This document shows positions 42,979-53,424 of a stretch of 64,000 nt of DNA, piece by piece. A model generated the notes under the pieces. That model was given only the letters and a program-made list of their open reading frames with translations, was not told the origin of the DNA and ran no database searches. Origin of the DNA: an uncultured delta proteobacterium (GTDB lineage: Bacteria; Desulfobacterota; RBG-13-43-22); assembly GCA_963802945.1 (NCBI GenBank), contig CAWDKY010000028.1, forward strand, positions 128,001 to 192,000. Reading direction: 5' to 3'. The translations under genes and the position numbers were made by a program. Every line of letters starts with the position of its first letter. The stretch's first letter is position 1.

Positions 42979-44334
42979 ATGAATAAAATTATTTTTATGG
43001 CCCTGGCGATTTCCCTGGTCTTCCTGCTATGGGGTTCGTTATCTCGAATCCAGGCCGAAGGTTTCGAACAAATAACAGAAAGGCGGCTGGACAATGGATT
43101 ACAGGTCCTTTTAATGCCCAATACGAAAGCACCGGTGGTTACGGTCCAGGTCTGGTATAAAGTGGGGTCCGGCAATGAACCCTATGGGCAGTCCGGATTG
43201 GCCCATCTTACCGAGCACCTCATGTTTCGAGGAACTAAAAAATATGGGCCCAAGCAATTTTCACGCATTGTTCAAAGAAATGGAGGGCAGGATAATGCCT
43301 TTACTGACCGGGATTATACGGCCTATTTTGAAAACCTGGCTTCCGACCGACTGGCCGTTGCCCTAGATCTGGAATCCGACCGTATGATGAATTTATTGGT
43401 GGAAAAGGACCTATTCCTGACCGAAAGAAAGGTGGTTCAAGAAGAACGCCGGTTAAGGATCAAAGATGACCCTTCGGCTTCCTTGTTTGAAGAAATTATT
43501 GCCACGGCCTTTAAATCCCATCCTTACAAAAGACCCGTAACCGGTTGGATGGAAGATTTGGAAGGACTTACCCATTCGGATTTCCTTTCTTTTTATCGGC
43601 AGTACTATCAACCGGCCAATGCCACTCTGGTTGTAGCTGGCGATTTTGATAAGGCCGCCATTTTCCCCATGATAGAAAAAACTTTCGGCCGGATTCCTAA
43701 AGGGCCCGATCTTCATCCTGTAATCATCAAAGAGCCGCCCCAGGAAGCCGACAAACGGGTTATCCTTCGCCGGGAGGAAGCCCAACTTCCTTATGTGGTT
43801 ATAGCCTATCATGTCCCATCTTTTCCTCATCCAGATTCCTTTGCCTTAGAGGTCATGTCTCAAATCCTGGCCGGAGGGAAAAGTTCAAGGATGTATCAAA
43901 AAATCGTTTATCAGGAACAAACGGCCTTGGAGGCCGGGGCGGATTATGCCTTTTCTTCGAAAGACCCTTTTCTTTTCTTTTTTTATGCCCAGGCCATGCC
44001 TGATCGCACGCCGGAAAAAATAGAAGAAAGGCTCTTGCAAGAATTAGAGACCTGGGAAAAAATTCCTCCTACCCAGGAAGAAATTGAAAGGGCAAAAAAT
44101 CAGATCGAAGCCTCTTTTATCTTTGCCCAGGATTCAATCTATTATCAAGCCAACCTGTTAGGAAGATATCAAACCCTTGGAAACTGGAAGGACTTGAATG
44201 CCTTTCTGCCGGGGGTTCGGGCCGTTCAATCGTCCGATCTTCTGCGGGTCTATCAAACTTATTTTAAAGGCCGGAATAAGACCGTGGGAATTTTAATTCC
44301 CGCTAGTGAGGAAGAAGAAAAAAACAAACAGTAG
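42979..44334 (+). CDS. M16 zinc peptidase, catalytic subunit
   Basis: Signal peptide; HLTEH inverted zinc motif; NAFT; EERR. Confidence 0.92.
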   Translation: MNKIIFMALAISLVFLLWGSLSRIQAEGFEQITERRLDNGLQVLLMPNTKAPVVTVQVWYKVGSGNEPYGQSGLAHLTEHLMFRGTKKYGPKQFSRIVQRNGGQDNAFTDRDYTAYFENLASDRLAVALDLESDRMMNLLVEKDLFLTERKVVQEERRLRIKDDPSASLFEEIIATAFKSHPYKRPVTGWMEDLEGLTHSDFLSFYRQYYQPANATLVVAGDFDKAAIFPMIEKTFGRIPKGPDLHPVIIKEPPQEADKRVILRREEAQLPYVVIAYHVPSFPHPDSFALEVMSQILAGGKSSRMYQKIVYQEQTALEAGADYAFSSKDPFLFFFYAQAMPDRTPEKIEERLLQELETWEKIPPTQEEIERAKNQIEASFIFAQDSIYYQANLLGRYQTLGNWKDLNAFLPGVRAVQSSDLLRVYQTYFKGRNKTVGILIPASEEEEKNKQ

Positions 44335-44362
44335 GCTTCTGGCTTTAAACAATCCGGGAGCC

Positions 44363-44503
44363 TTTTGCAAAAGTCCAGTGACGTCATTCCGGCGAACGCC
44401 GGAATCCAGTCCAGCCATTCGAGGGATGGTTCCCGACTTTCGTCGGGACGATGTCTGGACACCGGCTTTCGCCGGTGTGACGAAATTTTAGAGAGTTGCA
44501 AAA
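44363..44503. repeat. REP-like bipartite palindromic element, same family as 39497
   Basis: GTCATTCCGGCGAACGCCGGAATCCAG ... CTGGACACCGGCTTTCGCCGGTGTGAC, flanked by TTTTGCAA/TTGCAAAA. Confidence 0.75.
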
Positions 44504-44565
44504 ATCACTCGATTTACCATTTTTTATCTTCCTTATTAACTGATTTTATGCAGAAAGAATGAACC

Positions 44566-45912
44566 ATGATCCGAAAGGTCTTGACTGTAATGCTTACCTT
44601 ATTAACCTGTTTAGGAGCAATGGCTCCAACTTCTTTGTCCTGCGCCGAATCGTCAGCCCGAAAAACTACCCTTTCCAACGGATTGACTTTAATCGTCTCG
44701 GAAAGAAATCAGCTCCCGACCATCCATCTTCAGGTTTTGATTCGTGCCGGATCGACATTGGATCCCCCCAACCTCATAGGCCTGGCCAATCTGACAGCCG
44801 AATTATTGACCCAGGGAACTAAGCAAAGGGATGCCACTCAGATCAATCGAGAGATCGAATCGGTCGGAGGCTTCCTTTCCTCCTCATGCGAATCGGACTA
44901 TGCCTTCTTAAGTTTGTCCATCTTAAAAAAAGATCTGCCTCTTGGTCTTTCCATCCTTTCGGACATCCTTTTGAATCCCCTTTTCGCTCCCCAGGAGGTC
45001 GAACGTAAGGTTTCGGAATTCAAAGCCCGCTTGAAACACATGGACGAAGATCCCAGGCAAGTAGCTCAACTGGCTTTTTCTAAAAAATTATTCGGAACCC
45101 ATCCTTATGCTTATCCTACTGAAGGCTCGGCAACGGCCCTTTCTTCCATAACCCGGGACGACATTCCCCGTTTTTACCAGGCCTATTACCGACCCAATAA
45201 TGTCAGTATCGTCGTGGTAGGCCAGATATCCTTGGAAGAAGGGACTCGACTGCTTGAACCTCTTTTCAAAGAATGGAAACCTGCTTCTGTCGTACGCCCT
45301 GCCCTTTCTCAACCGTCTACTTTGACCGGTCAGTTGATCGAAAAGATCGATCGGCCGATAACCCAGGCCAATATTATCTGGGGCCACCTCGGGATTGCCC
45401 GATCCAACCCGGATTTCTATGCCTTACAAGTCATGAATTATATCCTGGGAGGAGGAGGTTTTGTTTCTCGCCTGGTAGATAATATTCGTGACAACCTGGG
45501 CTTGACCTATGGGATTTATAGTTTTTTCGATGCCCGGGAATACCCCGGCTCTTTTCAAATTGCCGTTGAAACTAAAAATCAAAATGCTAATCAGACCCTT
45601 TCAGAAATATTAAAAGAATTACGACATTTTCTTGAAAAAGGGATTTCTCAAACCGAACTTTCCGAGGCCAAGGCCTATCTGACCGGCAGCTTCCCTCTAC
45701 GGATGGATACCAATGCCAAAATGGTGCGACTTTTGGCCGCCATGGAATTGTATGGTTTGGGAATGGATTTCCCGGAAAAGTACTCGAAGCTTATCAATCA
45801 GGTGACGTCAGAGGATGTTCTACGAGTGGCTCGGACCTATCTCAAACCGGACCAATTTTTACTTGTCGTGGTAGGCAATCAAAAAGAGATCGGACTGAAA
45901 GAAAGCTGGTAG
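44566..45912 (+). CDS. M16 peptidase, non-catalytic partner subunit
   Basis: GLANLTAELL replaces HxxEH; LGGGGFVSRL..IRDNLGLTY. Confidence 0.88.
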   Translation: MIRKVLTVMLTLLTCLGAMAPTSLSCAESSARKTTLSNGLTLIVSERNQLPTIHLQVLIRAGSTLDPPNLIGLANLTAELLTQGTKQRDATQINREIESVGGFLSSSCESDYAFLSLSILKKDLPLGLSILSDILLNPLFAPQEVERKVSEFKARLKHMDEDPRQVAQLAFSKKLFGTHPYAYPTEGSATALSSITRDDIPRFYQAYYRPNNVSIVVVGQISLEEGTRLLEPLFKEWKPASVVRPALSQPSTLTGQLIEKIDRPITQANIIWGHLGIARSNPDFYALQVMNYILGGGGFVSRLVDNIRDNLGLTYGIYSFFDAREYPGSFQIAVETKNQNANQTLSEILKELRHFLEKGISQTELSEAKAYLTGSFPLRMDTNAKMVRLLAAMELYGLGMDFPEKYSKLINQVTSEDVLRVARTYLKPDQFLLVVVGNQKEIGLKESW

Positions 45913-46022
45913 AAAACCAGCACAACGGTAAAGATTAGGCCGGTTCAATTGTAGAAACAAATTCTACGATCTGGTAAAAAAAGAATCCAATCACCCCTAG
46001 ATGGCCCTTTTCTAGCAACCCT

Positions 46023-47042
46023 TTAAAACAAAGCCCGGACAAATTCATCGGGATTGAAGGGCTGCAAATCTTCCACCTTTTCACCGATACCGATATATTC
46101 AATCGGGATCTTCAGTTCATTGCAGATCCCGACGATGATCCCCCCTTTAGCCGTGCCGTCCAGTTTGGTTAAAATGATTCCATTGATTTCCATGGCCTCA
46201 TGAAATAGACGGGCCTGGGAAATGGCATTCTGCCCCATGGTGGCATCCAGGATTAACAAGGTTTGATGGGGACCAGTGGGGATTTCTTTCTGGATGACCC
46301 GTCGAATTTTTTTTAGCTCTTCCATCAGGTTAGCACGGGTATGAAGCCTTCCGGCCGTATCGATCAGAACGATGTCCATCTCCCTGGCCCTGGCGGCCTT
46401 CAGGGCATCAAAGACCACGGCCGAAGGATCGGACCCTGCTTTCTTACGGATGATCTCTGCCCCGGCCCGTCCGGCCCAAATTTCCAATTGTTCACCGGCT
46501 GCGGCCCGAAAGGTATCACCGGCCACCAATAAGACCTTTTCCCCTTGGGCTTGAAAGCGCTGGGCCAATTTTCCGATAGTCGTAGTCTTTCCTACCCCAT
46601 TTACCCCGATGACCAGAATGATAAAAGGCTTTTCAGAAAAATCGAGAGGTTTTCCCGGCACTTTCAAAAAGCGATGGATCTCCTGTTGTAGATAGGCTTT
46701 CAGTCGTTCGGGATCATCCAGCTCTTTTCTTTTGACTTTCTGTTGAACCGAATCGATCAAGGCTTGGGTGGTTATAACTCCTAGGTCCGAGGTGATCAAT
46801 ATTTCTTCCAATGCTTCCAAAAGGTCTTCATCGATCTCCTTTTTACCCAGGACCAGACGATCCATTCGGGTGACCAAAATTTCCCTGGTCTCGGTTAATC
46901 GTTCCTTGAGACGAAAGAAAAAGCCTTTTTTATTCCCATTCGACTCTTCCGAATCGGGAGATAATTCCTTTTCTTCCCTATCAATTTCAGGTTGATGATC
47001 ATTATTTTCTTGTCCTTTTGGACGAAACCATTTCACCTTCAT
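46023..47042 (-). CDS. ftsY: SRP receptor FtsY
   Basis: GVNGVGKTTT, DTFRAAA, DTAGR, TKLDGTAKGG. Confidence 0.97.
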   Translation of the reverse strand: MKVKWFRPKGQENNDHQPEIDREEKELSPDSEESNGNKKGFFFRLKERLTETREILVTRMDRLVLGKKEIDEDLLEALEEILITSDLGVITTQALIDSVQQKVKRKELDDPERLKAYLQQEIHRFLKVPGKPLDFSEKPFIILVIGVNGVGKTTTIGKLAQRFQAQGEKVLLVAGDTFRAAAGEQLEIWAGRAGAEIIRKKAGSDPSAVVFDALKAARAREMDIVLIDTAGRLHTRANLMEELKKIRRVIQKEIPTGPHQTLLILDATMGQNAISQARLFHEAMEINGIILTKLDGTAKGGIIVGICNELKIPIEYIGIGEKVEDLQPFNPDEFVRALF

Positions 47043-47137
47043 GGGCGCTTTTATTCCTTATTTAATTATTTTCTTTCAAGAAAGAAAACTTAGGCAAGAG
47101 TATAATAGATTATTTTTGGATAAAGAAGGAAATAATA

Positions 47138-47491
47138 TTATGGGTTCAGATGCTTTTTAATAAAAACGCCAAGTTCTGCAAAAATATCATCTTGTAAATC
47201 GACAAAAGAAAGTCTGGTTTCGTAAATATTATCCTTAACTATTTCCTTGGAATCAACAACATTTCCCAAAACCTCTACCCGCTGGGGGACAAAAGGAAAT
47301 TTTATGGTCAGGGCCAATTGTGTACCAGGAGCAAATTTCTTGTTCGTCGTTAGAACCAATCCTCCCTGGCTGACATTTTTAGTTTGGCTAAGATCATAAT
47401 CTTTTGGAATATACTTATTCCGATAACTGACTATAAAATTAGCTTTGATCCTCGGGTAATTTCTTCTTTCTGGGCCATGATATTTTTCCAT
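47138..47491 (-). CDS. PilZ domain protein
   Basis: RRNYPR and NVSQGG c-di-GMP binding motifs. Confidence 0.85.
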   Translation of the reverse strand: MEKYHGPERRNYPRIKANFIVSYRNKYIPKDYDLSQTKNVSQGGLVLTTNKKFAPGTQLALTIKFPFVPQRVEVLGNVVDSKEIVKDNIYETRLSFVDLQDDIFAELGVFIKKHLNP

Positions 47492-47632
47492 TTTATCCTC
47501 CTGTTTCCTTAAAAAATCGCTGAACCAGAAAAGGGTAGATTTTTAAAAGTCTTCTCATGAGCAGTTATCAAAAAGTGTGCGGGGCAACCAGCTTCCGAAT
47601 TTTATTCCCTTGTTAGTCCTACAGATCAAAAC

Positions 47633-50600
47633 CTATTGAATCGTGTCCAATCTGACCGATACCAATTTAGATATCCCCGGTTGCTCCATGGTCACCCCAT
47701 AAAGGGTGTCGGCCATTTCCATAATTCGCCGGTTATGGGTAATCAGGATGATCTGTGAATCCCGGACGATACTTTGCACTAAATTTTTAAATCTTTCAAT
47801 ATTGGCCTCATCTAAAAAGGCGTCAATTTCGTCCAATAGACAGAAAGGGCTGGGTTTAACCAAATAGGTCGAAAATAAAAGGGCCAGGGCGGTAAGGGCC
47901 TTTTCCCCGCCGGAAAGGAGCGACATGCTGGTCACCCGTTTTCCCGGAGGATGCACCATAATATCCACCCCGGATTCCAGGGGGTCATCTTCGTCGGTAA
48001 GAGACAGCTTGGCAGTACCTCCTCCGAACAACACCGGGAATACTTCGTCCATCTTTTCCTGAATAACTTTAAAAGTGGATAAGAAGAGTTCCTTGGAGGT
48101 CAAATTTATCTTTTGGATGGCCCTCTTCAAGGCATCCATGGATTTGAGCAGGTCTTCTTCTTGCGTGTGATAAAAATCATATCTTTCTTTGAAGGCATTA
48201 TATTCTTCCAGAGCAGTCAGATTCACCTCTCCTATTTGTTCCAACTTTTCCTTAAACTCTCGGCGTTTTATGGTTAAAGCTTCCAGGTCTTCATCACCCT
48301 TTAAATAATGGGAAACCGCCTCCTCCGGAGTCAAGCCGGATTGTTCCAGTGTCCTTTCTTTTAAGTGATCGATTTTCATCTGCGTCTGGGCCAATTCCAT
48401 TCGAAGATCGTTTTCCTGTTGCTCGGCCTCATTCAGAAAACCCCTGGTTTCTTTTAACAACGTTTCCCGATCTTCTTTTTGTTTAATCATCTTATCCCAG
48501 GTTTGATTGGCGGTTTGGATCTGGGCTTCCAGATTATCGACTTTGACGAGTAAATTCTTAGCCGCCTTCTCACCCAAGGCTACTTTTTCAATTAAACCGG
48601 CTTGGATCTGGTTTCCTGTCAGGATTTTTTCCCGAAGTCTTTTTCGCCTGGTTTGCCTTTCAAACAGGGATTCTTTCAATCGTTCCCATTCCTTTCCAAT
48701 ATGTTCTCCTTTTTCTTTCAAAGCCGACAACTGGGTATAGGTCAAGGTCAAGGATTGTCTTTCCTGTTCCAGCTTGCCTTCCAGGATGTGGATCTCTCCG
48801 TCCTTGTCCTGAATGTCTTTTCGCAAACCTTCTATTTCCCGGTTTAAAGTTTCATCTTGCCTGGAAAGGGCTTGTTCCTCCAAGGCCTGATCTTCCTCTT
48901 GGGTCCGATATTCTTCCTCTTCCAGGATGAGCAACTGCAGGCGGCGCTGCATTGGTTTGGTTTCTTCCTGATGACCGATGATGCGCTTCTCCAGTTCGAG
49001 GATCTGCTCTTCTTCCTCCCGTTTCCCGTCCTCCAAGGCCTTGATTTGTTTGATTTGCTCACTGAGGTCTGTTTCTATAGTCCGGATCATCTCTTGTTTC
49101 AGGTTGATCTTTTCCTGCCATTCCTTAACGTTGATCTCTAATCTATGAATAAGGTTCTTTTGAAAAAGCAGGCCGCTCTCTGGTTTTCTGGAACTACCGC
49201 CGGAAATGATCCCTTTGGAATCGATTAGGTCGCCTTCCAAGGTAACTATGCATACCCGGCTGGAATTATTTTTCCAGACCTCTAATCCTTGAGTTAAATC
49301 CGGGACCAGGACAAAAGAGCCCAATAAAACCTCCAGCCAGGGCCGTAATTCTTCTTGGACAGAGATTTTGGATAACAAGGGGATTAATCCTCTTTCTTCC
49401 CAATACCTGGAAGTTATCCCATCTGAAGGCAAATGGATATTCAAAGGTAGAAAGGAGGCCTTGCCTTGTTCCCGGTTTTTCAAAAAGCCGATTCCTTTAA
49501 CGGCCCAAACAGGGTCTTGTATCATCAGGGCCTGCAAGGCCTCTCCCAAGGCAGCTTCCACCGCTGTCTCACAGCCGGGTTCAGTTTCCAGACCTTCCAC
49601 CAACACCTGCCGGAACATCGGGGACGGCGATGAATCTTTGGCCCAATCAGCCTGAAGCAAGGCCCGGACCCCGTTTTGATAACTTTGAAAATTATCCCGG
49701 ATCTCCTGGAGATTCCTGATTTGAGCTTGGTCCTGTTTACTGGCCTGTTCCAAATCCCTTAATTCGTCTTCCAGTTTTTTTTGGGTTTTTCCGGCGTCGA
49801 TCTTTTGCTGCTGGGCCTGAGCAATTTTTTCTATGGCTTGTCGTAAGGATTCCCTTTTTGCTACCAGCTTGATCTCTGCTTCCTGAATAGAGATATTCAA
49901 AAAATCCAGTCGGGCCAATAATTGGGCCTTTTCTTCACCCTGGCGGATAATTCGCCGTTGTCGGTCCTCCTGTAATTTAACCAAACCGGCCCGCATATTC
50001 CTCACTTTGGTCAGTTCCGTCAACTTGGTAACCAGAAAATCTTTGGTCTGCTCAATTTGTTCCTGACTTTTGGTTAATTTTTTTTTGGATTCCTCCAGCG
50101 ATTGTTCCCTTTTCAGCACCCCTTCTTCTTCCCGGGCCAGCGTCTGGGTGAAAGAACTTACCTCTTTTGCCAGCGTCTTTTCCGTGGTTTCATTTTCTAT
50201 TATCCACTGTTCTGTTTCTTGGACCTCCCTTTCAATTTCAACAGCTTCAGTTTCAATATTTTTCAATTCGTTATGATACTGTTGGATCTGGGCCTCTTGT
50301 TTCTCCAGATCGGCTTTCTGCCGATAAAATTGCTCCTGCTTTTCCTTCAACTGCTTTTCCAGTCCTAAGAGCTCAGTCTGCAATTGTTCCAGGGAGGTCT
50401 CATGGGACTGACATTCGTCCCTAAATTCATCGGTCTGCCCCTGCTGACGTCCAAATTCCTCTTCCTTCTGCACTTTTCCTTCCAGCAACGATTGATATTC
50501 CTTGGCTAAAAGGACCAACTCAACCGCTCTGGATTGTTTGCGGATCTCTTTATACCGTTCGGCCTTCTTGGCCTGGCGGTAAAGGGAATTCATCTGCCTT

Positions 50601-51205
50601 CTGATTTCGGCGATGACATCTCCGACCCGTAAAAGATTCTGTTGGGTCAAGTCCAATTTCCGCAGGGTCTCATTCTTTTTGCTCTTATATTTGGCAATGC
50701 CGGCCGCTTCTTCGATCCAGTAACGACGATCCTCAGGCTTGGAATCGATAATGGCCCCGATCCGTCCCTGTTCAACCACTGAATAGGCCTTGCTTCCAAC
50801 CCCGGTATCCATGAATAAGTGGGTTATATCTTTAAGCCGGCATGGTTTATTATTAATGGTGTATTCGCTTTCTCCGTCCCGAAACAACCGGCGGGTGATG
50901 ACCACTTCTTTGAAATCGGCATACTCCTGCGGAATGGAACCGTTGTCATTGTCCAGCACCAGGGAAACCTCGGCCATGCCCACGGAGGATTTTCCATTGG
51001 ATCCGGCAAAGATCACATCATCCATTCCCTTCCCGCGAAGCTGCTTGGGACTTTGCTCGCCCATGACCCATTTGACGGCATCCACAATGTTGCTCTTTCC
51101 GCATCCATTGGGACCCACGACTCCGCTTATTCCTTTCGGAAAAGAGACTATTGTCTTTTCTGGAAAGGATTTAAACCCATTAAGTTCTAATCTTTTAAGT
51201 TTCAC
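47633..51205 (-). CDS. smc: Chromosome segregation protein SMC
   Basis: GPNGCGKS, long coiled coils, hinge, LSGGE, LDEID. Confidence 0.97.
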   Translation of the reverse strand: MKLKRLELNGFKSFPEKTIVSFPKGISGVVGPNGCGKSNIVDAVKWVMGEQSPKQLRGKGMDDVIFAGSNGKSSVGMAEVSLVLDNDNGSIPQEYADFKEVVITRRLFRDGESEYTINNKPCRLKDITHLFMDTGVGSKAYSVVEQGRIGAIIDSKPEDRRYWIEEAAGIAKYKSKKNETLRKLDLTQQNLLRVGDVIAEIRRQMNSLYRQAKKAERYKEIRKQSRAVELVLLAKEYQSLLEGKVQKEEEFGRQQGQTDEFRDECQSHETSLEQLQTELLGLEKQLKEKQEQFYRQKADLEKQEAQIQQYHNELKNIETEAVEIEREVQETEQWIIENETTEKTLAKEVSSFTQTLAREEEGVLKREQSLEESKKKLTKSQEQIEQTKDFLVTKLTELTKVRNMRAGLVKLQEDRQRRIIRQGEEKAQLLARLDFLNISIQEAEIKLVAKRESLRQAIEKIAQAQQQKIDAGKTQKKLEDELRDLEQASKQDQAQIRNLQEIRDNFQSYQNGVRALLQADWAKDSSPSPMFRQVLVEGLETEPGCETAVEAALGEALQALMIQDPVWAVKGIGFLKNREQGKASFLPLNIHLPSDGITSRYWEERGLIPLLSKISVQEELRPWLEVLLGSFVLVPDLTQGLEVWKNNSSRVCIVTLEGDLIDSKGIISGGSSRKPESGLLFQKNLIHRLEINVKEWQEKINLKQEMIRTIETDLSEQIKQIKALEDGKREEEEQILELEKRIIGHQEETKPMQRRLQLLILEEEEYRTQEEDQALEEQALSRQDETLNREIEGLRKDIQDKDGEIHILEGKLEQERQSLTLTYTQLSALKEKGEHIGKEWERLKESLFERQTRRKRLREKILTGNQIQAGLIEKVALGEKAAKNLLVKVDNLEAQIQTANQTWDKMIKQKEDRETLLKETRGFLNEAEQQENDLRMELAQTQMKIDHLKERTLEQSGLTPEEAVSHYLKGDEDLEALTIKRREFKEKLEQIGEVNLTALEEYNAFKERYDFYHTQEEDLLKSMDALKRAIQKINLTSKELFLSTFKVIQEKMDEVFPVLFGGGTAKLSLTDEDDPLESGVDIMVHPPGKRVTSMSLLSGGEKALTALALLFSTYLVKPSPFCLLDEIDAFLDEANIERFKNLVQSIVRDSQIILITHNRRIMEMADTLYGVTMEQPGISKLVSVRLDTIQ

Positions 51206-51329
51206 TTGAAAATATCTCCCCTGTTAATAAAGAAAACCTAATCCCGTGGCTGGTTTTATCTAAACCACTATCTCTTATTAGAAACTTTAATCCAATTGTA
51301 ATAAAAAAAATCATTTTGTAAAGAAAAAA

Positions 51330-51375
51330 ATACTATATGAGGGACTTATTAAAAAAAATATACAATATATAGTGG
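51330..51375. promoter_or_regulatory. Probable NrdR box with a weaker tandem partner
   Basis: ATACAATATATAGTGG at 51360-51375 matches acaCwAtATaTwGtgt at 14/16; half-match ATACTATATGAGGGAC starts 30 bp before. Confidence 0.6.
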
Positions 51376-51612
51376 GTTAGACTTCCCTAAAGAATCCTGG
51401 ACCTTTCCCCTAAAACCAATAAATTCGATAATCTTCACATCTGCTTTTTATAGCCTTTTTTAATAGATAGTCTGAGTTGGCCGTAAAACGGCGGGATTCC
51501 AGGTTTTAGATTGGGTGATTCATTGATTTTATTTAATAGTTAGTGTATCCTGTAAACAAAAAAACGGATTTATCGGTCTTGGCTGGAAAAACCCCAAATC
51601 AGAGGAGGGAGT

Positions 51613-51909
51613 ATGGCGCTTTTTAATGGATGGAAGGGAAATATTTTAGGAGGATTGGCAATCGGGATCGGAGCCTCGGTGGTTGGACCGGTGGTGAAAC
51701 CCATCTTGGCTACCGTCGCTAAACCCCTGACCAAGGCGGCTATCAAAGGCGGCTATTTACTTTATGAAAAAGGGAAAGAAACCTTGGCCGAAGTGCAAGA
51801 GGTAGTTGAAGATCTGGTCGCCGAGACCAAGGCTGAAATGGAAGAGGTGCAAGAAGCCCCATCTGTTCTGGTGGATTCCGAACCCGCGGCTCAGCCCAAA
51901 GCCGAATAA
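51613..51909 (+). CDS. Small GXXXG membrane protein (DUF5132-like)
   Basis: Strong SD; GGLAIGIG, AKPLTKAAIKGG, EDLVAETKAE. Confidence 0.7.
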   Translation: MALFNGWKGNILGGLAIGIGASVVGPVVKPILATVAKPLTKAAIKGGYLLYEKGKETLAEVQEVVEDLVAETKAEMEEVQEAPSVLVDSEPAAQPKAE

Positions 51910-51918
51910 GGTCATATC

Positions 51919-52419
51919 ATGTTTGATTTTCCTGAAGATACTTATGTCAGTCATGCCTCTCAAGGAAGGCTGCGTTTAAGAATACCTTCGAAAAAAAGGG
52001 ATGCCGCCTTTTTTGCCCAACTTCAAGCGGTCCTTTCCTCTATTCCAGGCCTTGATCAAATCAAAGTAAACCCCTTGAGCGGCAGTCTCCTCATCCTCCA
52101 TAGCGAACTTCCCGAGGAAATGGCCTCGTTTGTTAAAACCTTGGCCGGTCTCTCCCCAAAAAGTAATTCCACGGGTAAACCAAACAGCATTTATCAGAGG
52201 TTTACAGGGACATTTCGTCAAGTAAATACCCAAATACAAGGATTTACTAAGGGTGAATTGGATATCCCGACGTTAAGTTTTATTGCCCTTTTAGTCGTGG
52301 GAATCTACCAGATCAGTCGGAAAAATTTCACTGCCCCGGCCTGGTACACGGCTTTTTGGTATGCCTTAAATATTTTTTTACAATCTAAGGAACGATCATG
52401 GTCAAGAAACAGGACTTAA
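51919..52419 (+). CDS. HMA_2-like domain plus C-terminal membrane segment
   Basis: SHASQGRLRLRI...VNPLSGSLLILH; C-terminal GIYQI...PAWYTAFWYA. Confidence 0.72.
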   Translation: MFDFPEDTYVSHASQGRLRLRIPSKKRDAAFFAQLQAVLSSIPGLDQIKVNPLSGSLLILHSELPEEMASFVKTLAGLSPKSNSTGKPNSIYQRFTGTFRQVNTQIQGFTKGELDIPTLSFIALLVVGIYQISRKNFTAPAWYTAFWYALNIFLQSKERSWSRNRT

Positions 52420-52469
52420 ATAAAAAGTTACCTCTACCCGCTAAGCAACCAGCAAAAAGGAGAACGAAT

Positions 52470-53126
52470 ATGCCCAACAAACAAGAACCCAAAAGCCCTG
52501 CCCAAGGCCCGGGCATCGGCAAGGTTGGAACGAGCGTCAAAGATGGAGTGGTCAGCAGCCTTAAGGGAATCAATGAGATCGAAGCAGAAATAGTGACTTT
52601 GGTTAGAAACACCGTTTCCACTACCTTGCGGACCACCGGTTCTTTGGCCGGCGAAAGTTTAAACGTCGCCAAAGAAGTGATTAAGGGGGCCATCCAGGGC
52701 ACCGAAGAAGTGGGCACAGGTCTTATCCTGAGCACAAAAAGCGTTGCCAAGGGAATGATCATGGGCATCAGTGATGTAGGTGGAGATGTGGTCGACATGG
52801 CCAATCAAACCGTCAAAGGGGCCGTCAAAGGCGCTTCCGAAATTGGAGCCGATGTGGGCCTGGTAGCCAGAAGGACGGTAGACGGCGTCATTGAAGCCAC
52901 CAAAGAGATCGGGGGAAATGTGGAAGAGGTCGCTAAGGTGGCTGTCGGCGGGGCCATAGAAGCAGCCGGGACCATTGGGACTATGGCCGTCCGCTCGGTA
53001 AAGGATATGTTGGTCGGGGTGGCCGAAGGGGTTAAAGAAGTGGCCTCCAATTTGGTTCTCAAAACCAAATCGGGCCAAGCTCCGGAAATTAACTCCCGGC
53101 CCAAGGGTGGAAAAGGGAAAGCCTAA
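52470..53126 (+). CDS. Hypothetical protein with tandem 22-residue amphipathic repeats
   Basis: SD AAGGAG before ATG at 52470; at least six gap-free 22-aa units. Confidence 0.75.
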   Translation: MPNKQEPKSPAQGPGIGKVGTSVKDGVVSSLKGINEIEAEIVTLVRNTVSTTLRTTGSLAGESLNVAKEVIKGAIQGTEEVGTGLILSTKSVAKGMIMGISDVGGDVVDMANQTVKGAVKGASEIGADVGLVARRTVDGVIEATKEIGGNVEEVAKVAVGGAIEAAGTIGTMAVRSVKDMLVGVAEGVKEVASNLVLKTKSGQAPEINSRPKGGKGKA

Positions 53127-53424
53127 CATTTGATCCGGTCGATTCATGTCGCGGTAGAAGGCAGTGTCCGTTTTCGGGTTTTGCCTTACCTTAATTGTTG
53201 TCTCACTTATGCGGTGTTCAATAATAATCGTGCCCCTGTTTTTTCTTGCTGGTTTAATAGCCATGGCACTGAAGGAAAGAAAAGAAACAAAACTGGACGA
53301 GGCAAAGAAAGCCCCCCTGTTACCGGTGTAACGAAGGAAAGCACGATTCCAAAGCAGAAGTAGCTTCATTTAGAAGTGGCATCAGTCTGAAAATGTCAAA
53401 CAGCGGCGAACGGCAACTGAGGAG

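Noticed and set aside
52659-53369. 236-aa minus-strand ORF
   Set aside because: Antisense to the 22-mer repeat gene, with no motif or SD support.
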